From Moniliella sp. 'wahieum' (Eukaryota), in the NCBI GenBank assembly GCA_003971905.1, contig RSEE01000005.1, forward strand, positions 186,001 through 250,000: DNA of 64,000 nt. The letters run 5' to 3'. Of the stretch, positions 24,080 to 35,743 are shown in pieces. Below the pieces are notes generated by a model. That model had not been told where the DNA came from, made no database searches, and worked only from the letters and a program-made list of their open reading frames with translations. How positions within the stretch are numbered: the stretch's first letter is position 1; each line of letters opens with the position of its first letter. The position numbers were made by a program, and so were the translations under genes.

Positions 24080-24168
24080 TGACGAGAGTGGGATTCGAAC
24101 CCACGCCCCGGAGGACTGCGGTTAGGAAGAACCTGAACACAGCGCGTTAACCACTTCGCTATCTCGCC
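24080..24168 (-). tRNA. tRNA-Leu(CAG) with a ~10-nt intron
   Basis: GGCGAGA/TCTCGTC-A acceptor stem, CTGTG-TT-CAG-G[intron]C-CGCAG anticodon arm, variable arm, GGGTTCGAATCCC T arm, downstream T-run terminator. Confidence 0.93.
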
Positions 24169-24364
24169 TGGATGACTTGTCACGCGCAGAAAGGAAGTCC
24201 GACAGCAGGCTTGTTCCTGGCCTGGCAGCCCAGTGAACGTTGAACGGTGGATACAAATTGGGACTGACTCTATGCAGTTGCGCCTCAGAACAGCTAGCCG
24301 AAAAAATGCATGCAAACAAACGTAACTCAGGGACTCTTGCTCTTCCAGCCTGCCTCGCGTGCCC

Positions 24365-26335
24365 TTATCGAGCCCGCGCCGGCTCGCGCATGTACAGCAA
24401 CAAGTACGGCGTTCCATCGTGGCCGGGGCGCGTGGCTCGTTGTCCCGGCCACCACTGCTGCTGGCAGGATGGGCGTCAGGACCGTGTCGTCAATGTGCAC
24501 CCAGCCTTCCGCCTCCTCTTCCCAGCGGGGACGGAGGACGTCGACGGTATAGTGGCCGCGAGGCATGGGTACCGTGGTGGTACACCACCGCAAACAGTCG
24601 GTACGCGCCCGGTGGAGAAGGACTGGGTTTTGGCTCGCCCACCAGCGTTTCGGGGAAGAAGAAAGAAGAGGTGCTGGTCGAAAGGACTTCCTTTTCGAGC
24701 TTTTGCGGTGTGTGCCACACCGGATCAAAACACGAAGCGTTTCAGTTGGACCAGCAGCACCGCTGGCAGCTGTTCCAGTTGCACTTGCTTTGTGATCCTC
24801 GTCGTCTCGGTGGCTGTGGAGGTGGTGCCCATGACTTCCACATGTGCCAATTGGGCCAGTGCATCCTCCACCCGCACCAATGCGGGTCCGCAATATGCAG
24901 TGGCAGGGTTAGGAAGGCTTCGTGCGTCACACTTTCGCGCGTGCGGGTGTGGCCTGCGCCCGCACGCGCACCGGGCGTACCCACGACCGTCGTGTACCGC
25001 AGAGTGGAACGGGTCATGCCTCCAAACAAACGAATGATCGGAGACAGTGCCTCCTTGACCCCCGACAGGCCCGAAGAGGATTGGCCACCGAAAAGTAGGC
25101 TGCCGCAAACGTCTGGGCGACCTGAGCTGGAGTCGGACTCGGTTTGCCGGTAGCGGGGCGAGGAGGCTTGGCCTTGGTTGATGTAACAGCCTGCCATCCG
25201 TTTTCGGTGCGCGAGACAGGCGAGGAAGAGGACGGGGAACGCACCCCGCCAGGCAGCGGCGCTCTGACTGGGATGAAGTGGCGTACAGCAGTTCGTCGTG
25301 CAAAGCATCAAGAAGGAGGTTGAGGAACTCCTCGGCATCATGCTGCGTGGTGCCGTATTGCATCGCTCGCAGTGCGGACGGCCGCTCTGACCCATCGCAT
25401 CGTACCCCGGTCGGCACAAAAGGTTCTGGTGCCGGTTCCGTTTTGGGTAAGGGGAATTGGGCCACAAATTCAACCATGGCACGAACCAGCTGCCCGGCGG
25501 CCGGGCCCGCCGGCTCCACTTCTCCCCCAAGCGAGGGGAACAGAGAGTGAATGTGTGGGCGCAAAAGCGCCTTGGCGTAGCTCCTTAGCACGGAACAGGT
25601 TCGCAAACGGAACACAGTGCACCAGAGCTTGGAGAATGCTGTTGGCGAAGCACATGTTGCCTGTGTTGATCAGTCCGCGTGGGAGGACGGGGGAGCAAGT
25701 GGGTTGCTGGCTGCGTGGTTCAACGCGGCTTCGAGAGCCGCTGCTGAGGCGGATTGCACACCAGGAGGCTTCGGGGAGTCAGAAGTGGGTGCGGGGGTGG
25801 AGTCCGGCACAGGACCCTCGTAAATGGTCAGGATAGGATGGTTTTGACAGCATCGAGCTGGGTCCAGGCCTTGGGCCGTGCCCATGGGTTGGACTTGGGT
25901 GGTGGTGGAGGGGGTGTAGAGAGGGGAGGAGCAGGCGGACCAAGAAGCACAGGGGGGGGAGCAAGGGCGGAGGAGAAGACGATGGGATTTGTTCTCGACA
26001 CGGCCGAGGATGAGGAAGCAAGGGTGAGGGGCACCCAATCGGAAGCAGGGTGAGACGGGGCCACATCTCCAGGAAGAGGGACATGGAGGGAGCGGAGAGT
26101 AGGCAGAGGGGAGGAGGGGCGGGGCCAGAGTGGGACGGAAGCGGGGGCGATGCGGGAGTGGCCATGCGGCGGCGTGGGGGGTGGGCACGGGCAAAGGAGG
26201 GCGGGGGGAGGAGCAGAAGGGTAAAAACGCCTGGCGGTGGCGGTGGCGGTGGCGGGTGGTGGCGGTGCCCGCGGGGGTGGGGTAGCTCTGGCGGTTGGGA
26301 GGGAGGAGGGGGGCTGTGGGCAGGGAGACGGACAT
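24365..26335 (-). CDS. UBP3: Ubiquitin C-terminal hydrolase Ubp3/USP10 family
   Basis: PRGLINTGNMCFANSILQAL (Cys box), QHDAEEFL, LLVQLKRFVF, YRLFAVVYHHG...GHYTVDV...WVHIDD (His box), PYLLLY. Confidence 0.88.
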
Positions 26336-26526
26336 GGAGACGATGGCCGATGGTTGCTGGGCTATCGATAGCCTGGGGCCGAGAGGAGGAGGGCGAAAAA
26401 AGTCCAAGGGGGAGGGGGAGGGCCCGCATCGGACACAGCGACTGGCGCCGTGCGGGGGGACGGGGCGGCAGCAATTCCGCTGGGCGGGGGGCACACGCTC
26501 GCTGCTTTCGTTTTTTCTGGTGGATG

Positions 26527-26560
26527 TGAAGCTTGAAGCTTGAAGCTTGAAGCTTGAAGC
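26527..26560. repeat. (TGAAGCT) heptamer tandem, ~5 copies, in the UBP3/SUZ divergent promoter
   Basis: tgaagct x4 + tgaagc. Confidence 0.9.
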
Positions 26561-26678
26561 CTGGCCGCCCAGCACCGCATCCAGCCTCACTCGTCCACCT
26601 CAAGCACGCCCACAAACACCCCTCCCGCCCCGGCCTCTGCCCCGCTCCTCTCTCCTTCCCCCTTCCCCTGTCGCCACC

Positions 26679-27457
26679 ATGTCCGACCCCGGCCCCCGCT
26701 GCCCGCCCCGCCCATCCGCATCATGCGCCGCGAGCCCAGTGCCACGTCTGCGCCTGCCTCCATCTCCGCCTCGGCCGCCTCGGCTCCGCGCCCATCTCCC
26801 TCCTGCCCCGCCCGCCGCCAGCAGCAGCACCAGCTCCCCCGGCAGTCCATCCAGCAGCAGCCGCACAAGTCCCACCCCCAGCACCAGCTCCAGCTCCCCG
26901 GCTCCCCATGCCCCTGCCCCGGCCCCGCAACGGCGCACATGACCATGCAAGAGCGTGAGGCTGCGTACCAGGCCGCCCGCGCCCGCATCTTCGGACCATC
27001 TGATCCTAGTGCTCCCTCGGCACCTTTGGACCCCACACCTGGAGCTGGCAGTCGCGCCGCCGCCGCCCTCCCCGCGGGCGACTGGGCCTTGGACCCGTCC
27101 GCGCCCCAGTGGACTCCGCCCCGTTCGTTGGACGCGCCCCCCATCCGCTCACCAATGAGCTGGACCCCGCAACGACCACCTGCCGCAGCGCTTGGGCCTG
27201 GTCCATTCCGCGCACCGAGCCTGTTTTCCCTGTGCCCTCGCCCCGCGGCCGCCGGAGCCGCGGCCGCGTGGACGGAGGAAAGAGACGCCGGAAGCGTTCC
27301 CTGCCCTGCGGGAGGGCCCACCCATGGCCCGGCCAAGCGCAGGGGTGTGGGGGAAACAGGGGCCCGCTTCCCTTCCTGCCCGGCCGGACTGGGTGATGGC
27401 TGCGCTCGAAAAGGAGCTGCCGTCGGACGAGCGGACGGGCCCAGGGAGGAACTCTGA
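26679..27457 (+). CDS. SUZ-domain RNA-binding protein (SZRD1-like)
   Basis: RIMRR...MTMQEREAAYQAARARIFG matches the SUZ signature; 3' end uncertain. Confidence 0.7.
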
Positions 27458-27588
27458 TCTATGTCTTATGTCTATGTCTATGCATCATGTAATGCTATGT
27501 CCCACGACCGCGAGTCTAGGTAAGGAGGTGTAGGAAAGAGGAGGAGGGGAGAGTGTGTTAACCGAAGCGATGGCTTGACGCGTTGACG

Positions 27589-28931
27589 TTACGCTTGCAC
27601 TCGTACCCGTTCTGACGCAGCTTTGTCCAGTCGGTTCATCACTGCCAGCCAAGTTGTTCTCGTGGCACAGTTTCCACAAGGATCACCGAACCCTCCTGGA
27701 ACCTGCTCGTCCAGGTAGCGCAGCCCAGCAAACAGCCGCTTCGCTGCTTCGTCGGCCGTGTGGGGCCCATGTCGTACACGTATACCTCGGCCTGCCCTCG
27801 GTCCAAGGAAATGTGAATGCTCGGACACCTGAAGTGACAGGACGCCAGGTGCAGCTGCCTCTACTGTCGCCAGGAGAGGCGAGCCACGTGCGACCATGAG
27901 CCCCGCGACGAAGCGAGGGGTGGGAGAGGCCTGTGCCTCTCGTTGAAGCAAGTCCTGCAGACGTACCCCGTCCTTTCCCACATCCAGCGCAATCACAGGA
28001 GCATTGGGAGAGTAGTGGCGGTACTTCATCCCCGGTGTGGTGGGGGCCAGTTCGAGTTGGGCGTCCCGCTCCCCATCTCGCCCATACACCTGACCGATAC
28101 CTGGCCTCCCCTGTGCCACGCATCCGGCCTGGTCCAGAACCGCCTCAATTGCCTCTACTGCCACACCACCTGGGCGGAGAACACGGAGTTGGCCACGCTG
28201 GCTCAGACCATCCACCACGTCGATTCCAGTCCCACGCCCGACGCACCGCCATCGAGAATGTACCGTATCCTCCCGCGCGAATCACGGCCCAAGGCTTGGT
28301 CCAGCGGTCCCCCCAGATCATAAAACACGTGCTCTGCGCACGTTGGCGAGGGACGTCCAGACGCGTTGGACGATGGTGCAGCAAGTGGGCAGTCGGAGAG
28401 CGCAATCAACGCGCGGGCCAAGGGGTGCGACGGCATTCTCACCCCTACTGTCGTCAGCTGGGCGGTGACGACGGGCGGGAGTGCGCCTGGCTTGACAGGG
28501 AAAGAAGGGTCAAGCTGCCGGGCCAAAAGTGGTGCATGAGAAGGGAGTAGACGGGGGCAAGTCGTGCGTGTCGCACAGCGAGGCAAGCATGGCAGTGTGG
28601 GCAATATGCACAATGAGCGGGTTGTCGCGCGGCGGCCCTTGGCAGCATAGATTTTGCGCACGGCATCTGCGTTGCGGGCATCCGCACCCAGCCCATACAC
28701 CGTCTCGGTGGGAAAGGCGACGAGGCCCGGCTTGCACCTCCTCGGAGGCGAGGCGGAGAGAAGTCTGGGCCTGTTCGCCGTCGGGGGTGGGAGAGAAGTG
28801 GGGCAGCTGGGTATCAGGGGAGGCGGGGGCGGGAAGTGGACGGCGTGCAGGGGGCAAGGGAGGATGCGGGTGTCGAAGGCAGGGCGGGAGCAGAGGCGGG
28901 GAGCGAGGGAGAGGCTGCTGCTGAAGGACAT
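27589..28931 (-). CDS. SUA5: Threonylcarbamoyl-AMP synthase Sua5
   Basis: LVAFPTETVYGLGADA, DNPLIVH, FWPG, VGVRMPSHPLARALI, PLAAPSSNASGRPSPT, GVGLEST, PGMKYRHYSP, AVMNRLDKAA. Confidence 0.95.
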
Positions 28932-29433
28932 GGCCAACGGGACGCGCGCAAGCAACCGCAACGTGTGGTGAGCATCCACCTTGGGACGGCCTGCTGCTTC
29001 TATTCGACTTCTTTTTTTATCTTGGCCACCCTGTTACGTCACTCTCACTCCATGACTCTGTTTCGGCGTCTAGCCTCCAACGGCAACTGCAGAGAAGAAA
29101 GAAAAAGAAATCAAATCATTGCACCGATGCCCATGCTCCTACCCGAGCCCCAGATCCACCATCCATCCTGCTTCGCCCCCTCTTCAAGCTTGAGGGCCAC
29201 CGCTCACAACCTGCCGTTGCATGGAGAGAAGATTGCGCACAGCACTAGACAGTATACTACGACGATCCTATTAATGATGGGCATGCGGCACGGCATAGAA
29301 TTTTCGAGTCCCGCCGTCCCCCTCGTCAAGCGTTCTGCGCAAGTCACAAGGATACGGCCGGAGGGCGAGTGGCATGTACTTCCCATGCTCCTGAAGCGGG
29401 AACATGACACCTCAAGGCATAGCAGCGGCGGAT

Positions 29434-29912
29434 TTACTCCTGGTCAATGACCACCGGTCTCGAGGCCCTTGAACGAGGTGATGCCAAACACAGGGGTGGC
29501 GACCAACGTAGAGCTTCTCCTTGGCGTCCTCGTCGTCGTTGCGCTTGCGCTCAAGACGGACCCGGATGCGGCGGGGCACCGACTTGACACCCAGCTTCCA
29601 GATCTCCTCGTTCAGCTTAGGGTCGATGCGCACGTCCTTGACGCTCATCGCACGCTGGGCAAAGCGGACCACCTCCTTGATGGCACGGGGGCCGTCTTCT
29701 TGTCCTGCATGCGGAAGACGCGCTTGGCAAGGTGGATCGTGTACTCGCGCTGGAGGAGATGGGTCAGCTGATGCACCAGCAAAAAGTCGGGACCAAGCGG
29801 GGGGTAGCGCAATCCGCGCCTCCTAAATGGCAGGGAGGCCGCAGGCCGGAGAAACACGTACAGTCACGACGTCCTTGAGGACGGAGCGCTGAGTCTTCTT
29901 GCCAGGAGCCAT
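29434..29912 (-). CDS. RPL31: 60S ribosomal protein eL31
   Basis: [17 protein letters not shown], intron ~29750-29861, then REYTIHL...[43 protein letters not shown]...KGLET..IDQE*. Confidence 0.97.
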
Positions 29913-30392
29913 GATGCTAGGTCTTGAGCTAGGTGGTGGGGACAGGAGCAAGAAACGGGGGGTCAGCCGGGGGAAACCGAGCCGGGCCCCGCAGCCCCAA
30001 CGAAAGAGGCCACACAGGCCTACTGCGTAGTTGAAATTGCCGCAGCATTTGAGCAATTACGCCTTAGGGTTGATGCATCGTCCGAGTCCGGTGCTTGGCG
30101 TGACGCGTGACGCGTCATGGGACCGGTTGGAAGTGCAATATTGCAATGTCTGGACTTTAAACTTTAACATTGAGTGTCGCAGGGCCATGCGAAAAGCAGG
30201 TGTGTGACGAGGGTGTGACGTCAGGAAAAGATCAGCGCGCGAGCGGCTGCCCCGACGGGCTACTGGCTCAACGCAAGCTGAACGTTCAACTTGAACTGAA
30301 CCAACACCGCCACAGCTGCTGTGTTTGTGTTGTCCCGCCGGCGGGGGCTGCGCATCTGCTGTCCGCCCCCATCGACCATCACCCGCCCCAGC

Positions 30393-31098
30393 ATGGCCAT
30401 CTGGACCTCCGTTGCCAAAGACCAGGCAGAGAAGTACGCCGCCAAGTACCAGCCCGAAGTACTGCCTTCCGAGGCAGCGCAGCCAGCGTCCAGCCGAGAC
30501 TATGCTCTCTTCCGGCACTAACATTGAGCCTTGCGTCATCAGGACCCGTTCTACGAGTACTACCAAGATGCCAAGGGGAAGCAGAGCGTCGCAAACGTGC
30601 CCCTCCGCCTGGGTTGACCCCGCACGAAGAGAAGGTGTGGAAAAAGATTGCTAAGCACGCGCATCGCCTCGACCGCGGCATCCGATTGCCGGCTCCGGTT
30701 TGGATACACCGCCATCCTGGGCATATTCCCCTACGTTGGCACTGCCGCGAATGGTGCGCTGAACTACTACTGCCCGTCATCAAACCAGCCAAAGAAACCT
30801 TTGAGTGCGTATTCTCTCCCTTTGTCGACACAGTGAGGCGCATAGCAGTGCTGACCCTGACCCTATCCCAGTTTGCCGTCGGGCACAGTGGATCGGATGA
30901 AGTTTAACGCGATGGTTGGGTGTGCCTTTGACCTCATTCCACTGGTGGGGGACATATTCCTCGCTGTATGGGGGGCGAACGCACGCAACGTCCACCTTGT
31001 TGAACGGCACTTGGCCCAGCGTGCGCCTTCCACGGCCGTACATGCCCACGTCTGAGGGACACGGGATCAACAGGAACCTTGAGCCGCTCAGCCCCTGA
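30393..31098 (+). CDS. DUF4112 family membrane protein
   Basis: KYQPE, intron, DPFYEY; RRKRAPPPGLT; HAHRLD; RFGYTAILGIFPYVG; LIPLVGDIFLAVWGANARN. Confidence 0.8.
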
Positions 31099-31712
31099 GA
31101 TCGGATCACAGTCCTCCGCCACCCCGTCCGGCTTTTCAGATGCCGCATTTCCCATAGTGCTATTACCCCTCCTCTTTCTTCGTTTCTTGTTGCCTACAGT
31201 ACCCCCTTGACTTAATACACTGTCGTTACCCTGACAAGCAAGCGTCGAGTGCGCATGCATCTTAGACTTATATCTTCACCACTCTAACTCCATAAGTCAT
31301 GATAGCGGGCATGCGTGACCAACAAAAAATACAAGTTCTCTTCTGTTGGCTTTGTCGACCGGCCAGAGAGGCCGCAGCGACCTCACATTGCAGTTTGGCC
31401 CACCGAACTGGATTTCAGGACAAAATGAACAAGATATGAACCCACCTCGTCCTTTCCTGCAGCGAGGCGGTTTTCGAGACGATCGTGGGGAGCGGAAGAG
31501 ATGTGCACAAGGGAAGCGCAATAGAAAAAGACAAGGATAGGATGAAACGGTATAATATCCGGTGCCGGGGGATGGAGCGATGATCGATGAGGGATCATGT
31601 CAAGGGAAGAAGAGGCAAGATTCGTATAATGAACAGCCATACGTGCCTCTGCATGAGCCCACGCTGGTCCCAGCAAACACGGGGACGGAACTATCAAGGA
31701 AGGATGTAATGC

Positions 31713-32791
31713 TCATTCTCGCCTCCATGGCTGGCTGTGGAGATGGTCGCATGCCCAGCGGGCCGAGGCAAGGCTCATGTTCAGCCCTGGGTCGACGGGC
31801 AAGAGGGGCGGGAGCGAGGCGAGGGTGGTATCTTGGGCTTCTGGATCTGGATCTCCATCTTTGTTGGCGTGCTGATGCATACTCAGAGCAACAGTGCCCA
31901 GGTAGGAATGGAGCACGTCCGGTAACGCATCTGGCACCTTACTTATCCCCCCCACGGGGCTCTGACACGCCAAGATCCACTCCACGTCCATGGGACCGTT
32001 GATCAGACCATGTGCGCCCAGCAACGCCAGTGCGGCACCGCACCAGAAACTGTAGCACACATCTGGCTTCTTTTCCCTTCGGCCTGAGAAGCCAGCGCCG
32101 GGGTGGACAGGATCACTGACTTGTTGCGCTAGTAGCCAGCGTGGCAGTTGGTCCAGTTTGCCATCCTGTTGCCAGTGTGTAAGTTCGCCAGCTAGGGCGA
32201 GCGAGGCGACGGCGCAGTAGGTGCTACCGCCATGGGCTCTTCCCCTGGAGCTGGGAGAAAGCGCGGTCGTACGTTTGGCAGCGGGCAAGGTAGGTGAGAG
32301 CAAGGGGTACGTCGATCGCATCCCATGCATCGACCAAGTGGGCCACAGCAAACGCGGCATACAGGAAGCGTACATCTGCTTCGTCCGTGTTGGGAGAGAC
32401 GACGAAGGATCCATCGGGCCGTTGGCACGCCGTCAGCAACGCGCGTACCCCACCACGATCCAGCCGCGTAAAGTCGTCGCGCAAAATGGTGAGCACAATC
32501 AGCGCCGAGTAGGTCATCACCACGTTCCCCCCCCGCGGCAACGGGGCGAGCGAGACCACACCCGCACTTGGGCTGCCACGAAACCCGCCAGTAGAGACTT
32601 GCTGTGCATACACCCACTCTTGTAACCCCCATCTCGGCAGGCGGCAGCTTGGCCTCCACCTGGCCCAGCACGTCCAGCGCACCCAGCACAAACATGCCCA
32701 GCGTCATTCGGCTCAACTCTTCCTCGGCGTACGCCGAGGGCATGAGGTGCAGATGGCGCAGGTAGAAGCCAGTGTGTTTCTTGATGTCCAT
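31713..32791 (-). CDS. CDC43: Geranylgeranyltransferase type I beta subunit
   Basis: KHTGFYLRHLHLMPSAY...SRMTLGMFVLGALDVL, MTYSAL, DVRFLYAAF, HGGSTYCAVASL, GFSGRREKKPDVCYSFW, PDVLHSYLG. Confidence 0.9.
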
Positions 32792-33856
32792 CGAAACGCA
32801 GCAGAGGGTGGCGGTGGCGGGGCAGCCGGGGACAAGGGCGGGAGCCAGCCCACCGGGCCCAGTTGCTGCTTGCTTGCAATTCCGCTGGTTGTGAGGTTCT
32901 TATTTAATGGTGAGCGCTAAAGCGTACCGCAGAGCCCCCATTCCGCCTCAGGAGGTGAGGCTCACCTCCCCCACCTCTCAATCCCGGCGTTCCATGCGAA
33001 TCGTCCAGGTCAGCGTCTGTCCCTCTGTCTTCCTACCTGGGCGCGCATTCGCTTCAAAAGTTACAAGGTTACACCGGGAAGAACCCCCTTCTCTGCGCAC
33101 AACAACTTAGGTCCCACAGCAGCACAGCCAGTTGGCTCGCTTCGCCTCTCAAAAATGACGACACCCTCATCAGGTTTGGGCCCTGAGCTGACCAGTTGCC
33201 CCCCCCCACACCAAAACCTCAAACCTTCTCTACACACGAGACCATACAGGGGCATACAGGGGAAGGAAAATGGGCATTGAAGATACCAGGCACAATAGCC
33301 TGGCGCCGGGAAGAAATCAGGAGGCATGGAAAAAGGTAAAGCGCGCAGGAATTCGGTCGGGGTACAACACGGAGAAACACCCACCAACAGCCTGGCCCTA
33401 GTCCCAATAAAAGAACGCAGGGACGACGTGAGTGTAAGAAGCGGCGGTGGGACGCGCAAAGGGCAGTGGGAAGGGAAGGGGGAAGGGGAGGAGAGGGAGG
33501 CGAGAAAGGGGAAGGCGGGGGGAGAGGAGGAGGTAAAGGAGGAGAAGGAACAGACAGGAAGAGCGAGAAAAAAGTAGGAACCGAATCCGACGAGGAGTGA
33601 GCGGCGGAGTTCGAGGTCCTACGCCTCCTCCCCCCCTACTTTAATGGAAGGGGAGGAAGGCACCCGAGCAAGCTGCCACAGGCACAGCATCGCAAGCGGG
33701 ACACGAGACAAGAATCCAAGTCCTCCCAAGGTACGAGATGAAGGACAATACCCCATGCGTAGGTGACAGAAGAGCCTACGCGTACCAAAGGAGGTAGAAG
33801 TACACGGGATGTACAGCGCGGGCAGCGGAACAAAACAGAAACGGCAGTACAAGCGT

Positions 33857-35043
33857 TCAGACCATTAGTTTAGCAAGAAGGGTCTCGATCGTCTGAGGGG
33901 CACCGTGTGACGGGGGCGGGGCCGCACTCGGCGTCGGCGCAGGTGCGGTGTAGTCCGTCGTGGTGGCCCGAGCCGGGGCGGGGGCGGGAGCAAAGGTGCC
34001 AAACTCGGTGCAGGAGGACTTGGGGCGGCGGGCGCGTTGCTCGTGAGGGGCGTTGGCTGCGGACCAAAGGCGTGGTTCGGGAAGAGGGTGCGAGGCTCAG
34101 GGTACGTCCGGAGGAGGGGGCTTGGCAGGCGGGTAGGGATGCGAGTGACCACGGGGATGCGGGTGAGGATGCGGGCCGGGTGTGCATGCGGATGCGGGTG
34201 CATGTGGGGCGGGTAAGGCGATAAATGTACCCGTTGGCATGGTGGGGAGGTGTACAGGGAACGGGATCTGGGCCTCGGAGAGAAGGTGGTAACGGGCCAG
34301 AGTGGGGCGCACTGCTTAGGGGCAGGCCCATGCAGGCGGAGCAGGCACATGGGGAGAGACCTTGGTCATGCGGCCAAGGGAGGGGAGTTCATGACAGCAG
34401 AGGGATGCGATGAAGCGGCGGGAATGGCGACGGGGGACGAGGTGTCGGTACTGGAGGAAGAAGTGTCGCTACTCAACGCCGGCACAGCCGGCGTAGGGGA
34501 TTCGGGCGAACCACGGAGGGTGGAAGTGCTAGCTTAAACTTAGGCGCCGGCAACGCATGGGCAGAGGGAGACATGTGGAACGAAGGCCCGGCATACGACT
34601 TTTCCGTTGCAGCAATCGCCGTTGTTGAGGGAACTGGTGCCGCTGGTGTGGATCGGCGACTCTTCTTGTTCTTCCTGGGTTGCGGGTGGGGCGCGTGCTG
34701 TGGGGGTGCTAAGGGAAGAGGGCTTGTTGCCAGGTCAGGTCGATGGAGGATGTGGGAGCAGAGATCGATACGGGTCCGAGGCCAGGGCCGAACGTTTCTT
34801 GGCACTCTTCTTGCTGGGTGTGGGGGAGGGTGCATGGAGGGCGAAGGGAAGGGCGAGGACGAGGCGGCAAGCATCGCTGGCTGCCAGGTCAAGGCGGGGC
34901 TGGAGGCGGCGGCAGCGAGCGGGGGTGCGCTTGCTCCTCTTTGTTGCTGGCGGCGGCGGGGTGCCGGTGGTGGGCATGTCCCAAAGGTCGTCCTGTGGTT
35001 GGCGTGGAGTGCGGGGGGAAGGAGCAGGCATGACAGCGAGCAT
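33857..35043 (-). CDS. Proline-rich Edc1/PNRC-like mRNA decapping coactivator
   Basis: KSYAGPSFHMSPSAHALPAPKF matches the YAGxxF...LPxP motif; disordered Pro-rich body; ends QTIETLLAKLMV*; frameshifted. Confidence 0.7.
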
Positions 35044-35420
35044 CGTTGGGCGGAGGAGCAGCGAGGCGTGGGTGATGGAGGCGGGTGGTGGTGGTGGATG
35101 ACTCGATGACGAGGACCGGCGGCTGGTGCCCAAGTGGCAAAACCAAACTGAAAGCATGTGTGTTCAGGTGCTGCGTGACGCTGCCTTGCCGCTCCTCTGC
35201 CTGCTGGGCTTGCCACCACTCGGCCAGCCCCCTGCAGCCGCGCCTCTGCCAGCACCCGACACTCCCCCGTGCCGCCACATGTGCCCGGCCTTTTCCGGCA
35301 CCTTGTCTGTCAACATGTCAACCAGGCCGATTCATCACCTAATTCCGCTGACGTGGCCCTTTTCCGCCGCGAGAAAAGTGATTAATACGCAGCCGGCTTA
35401 TCTAGCGCCCCAAAAGAAAT

Positions 35421-35508
35421 CGAATCCTGCCGGGGTCGAACCGACGACCATTACCATTACTCTCGAAAGAAGCCGGAAAGTAACACTCTACCACTGAGCT
35501 AAGGATCC
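35421..35508 (-). tRNA. tRNA-Arg(CCG) with a 16-nt intron
   Basis: GGATCCT/AGGATTC-G acceptor stem, GCTC-AGTGGTA-GAGT D arm, TTACT-TT-CCG-G[intron]T-GGTAA anticodon arm, GTCGG-TTCGACC-CCGGC T arm; mature length 72 nt. Confidence 0.9.
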
Positions 35509-35743
35509 TTCGTTCTTTACCGTTCTGCAGATAAGTAACCCAAAGAAGGGCTATCTGCCTGCTAGCCCACCACGCCACCATTCATCTCGATCAATTGTCT
35601 ATTTCCCCTCCCCCCTACACACATTGCCCCTCTGGTATAAGATGTTCTTCTGGGATAAGCTGTTCTACACCAAGATGGATAACATGATCTAGACAACAAA
35701 ATAGTACAAGCACACCCTCTTCCTCAGCATCCGTCTCCTGCCG

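Noticed and set aside
24080..24168. tRNA(CAG) as a sign of CUG reassignment, or TCA read as a Sec/suppressor anticodon
   Set aside because: Stem pairing centres CAG in the loop; T33, G37 and discriminator A are ordinary Leu features; CTG codons translate as Leu in conserved motifs
14429..35508. Apparent cluster of translation/RNA genes (NEW1, UBP3, SUZ, SUA5, RPL31, Edc1-like, two tRNAs)
   Set aside because: Interspersed with unrelated genes, and the category is large enough for chance clustering
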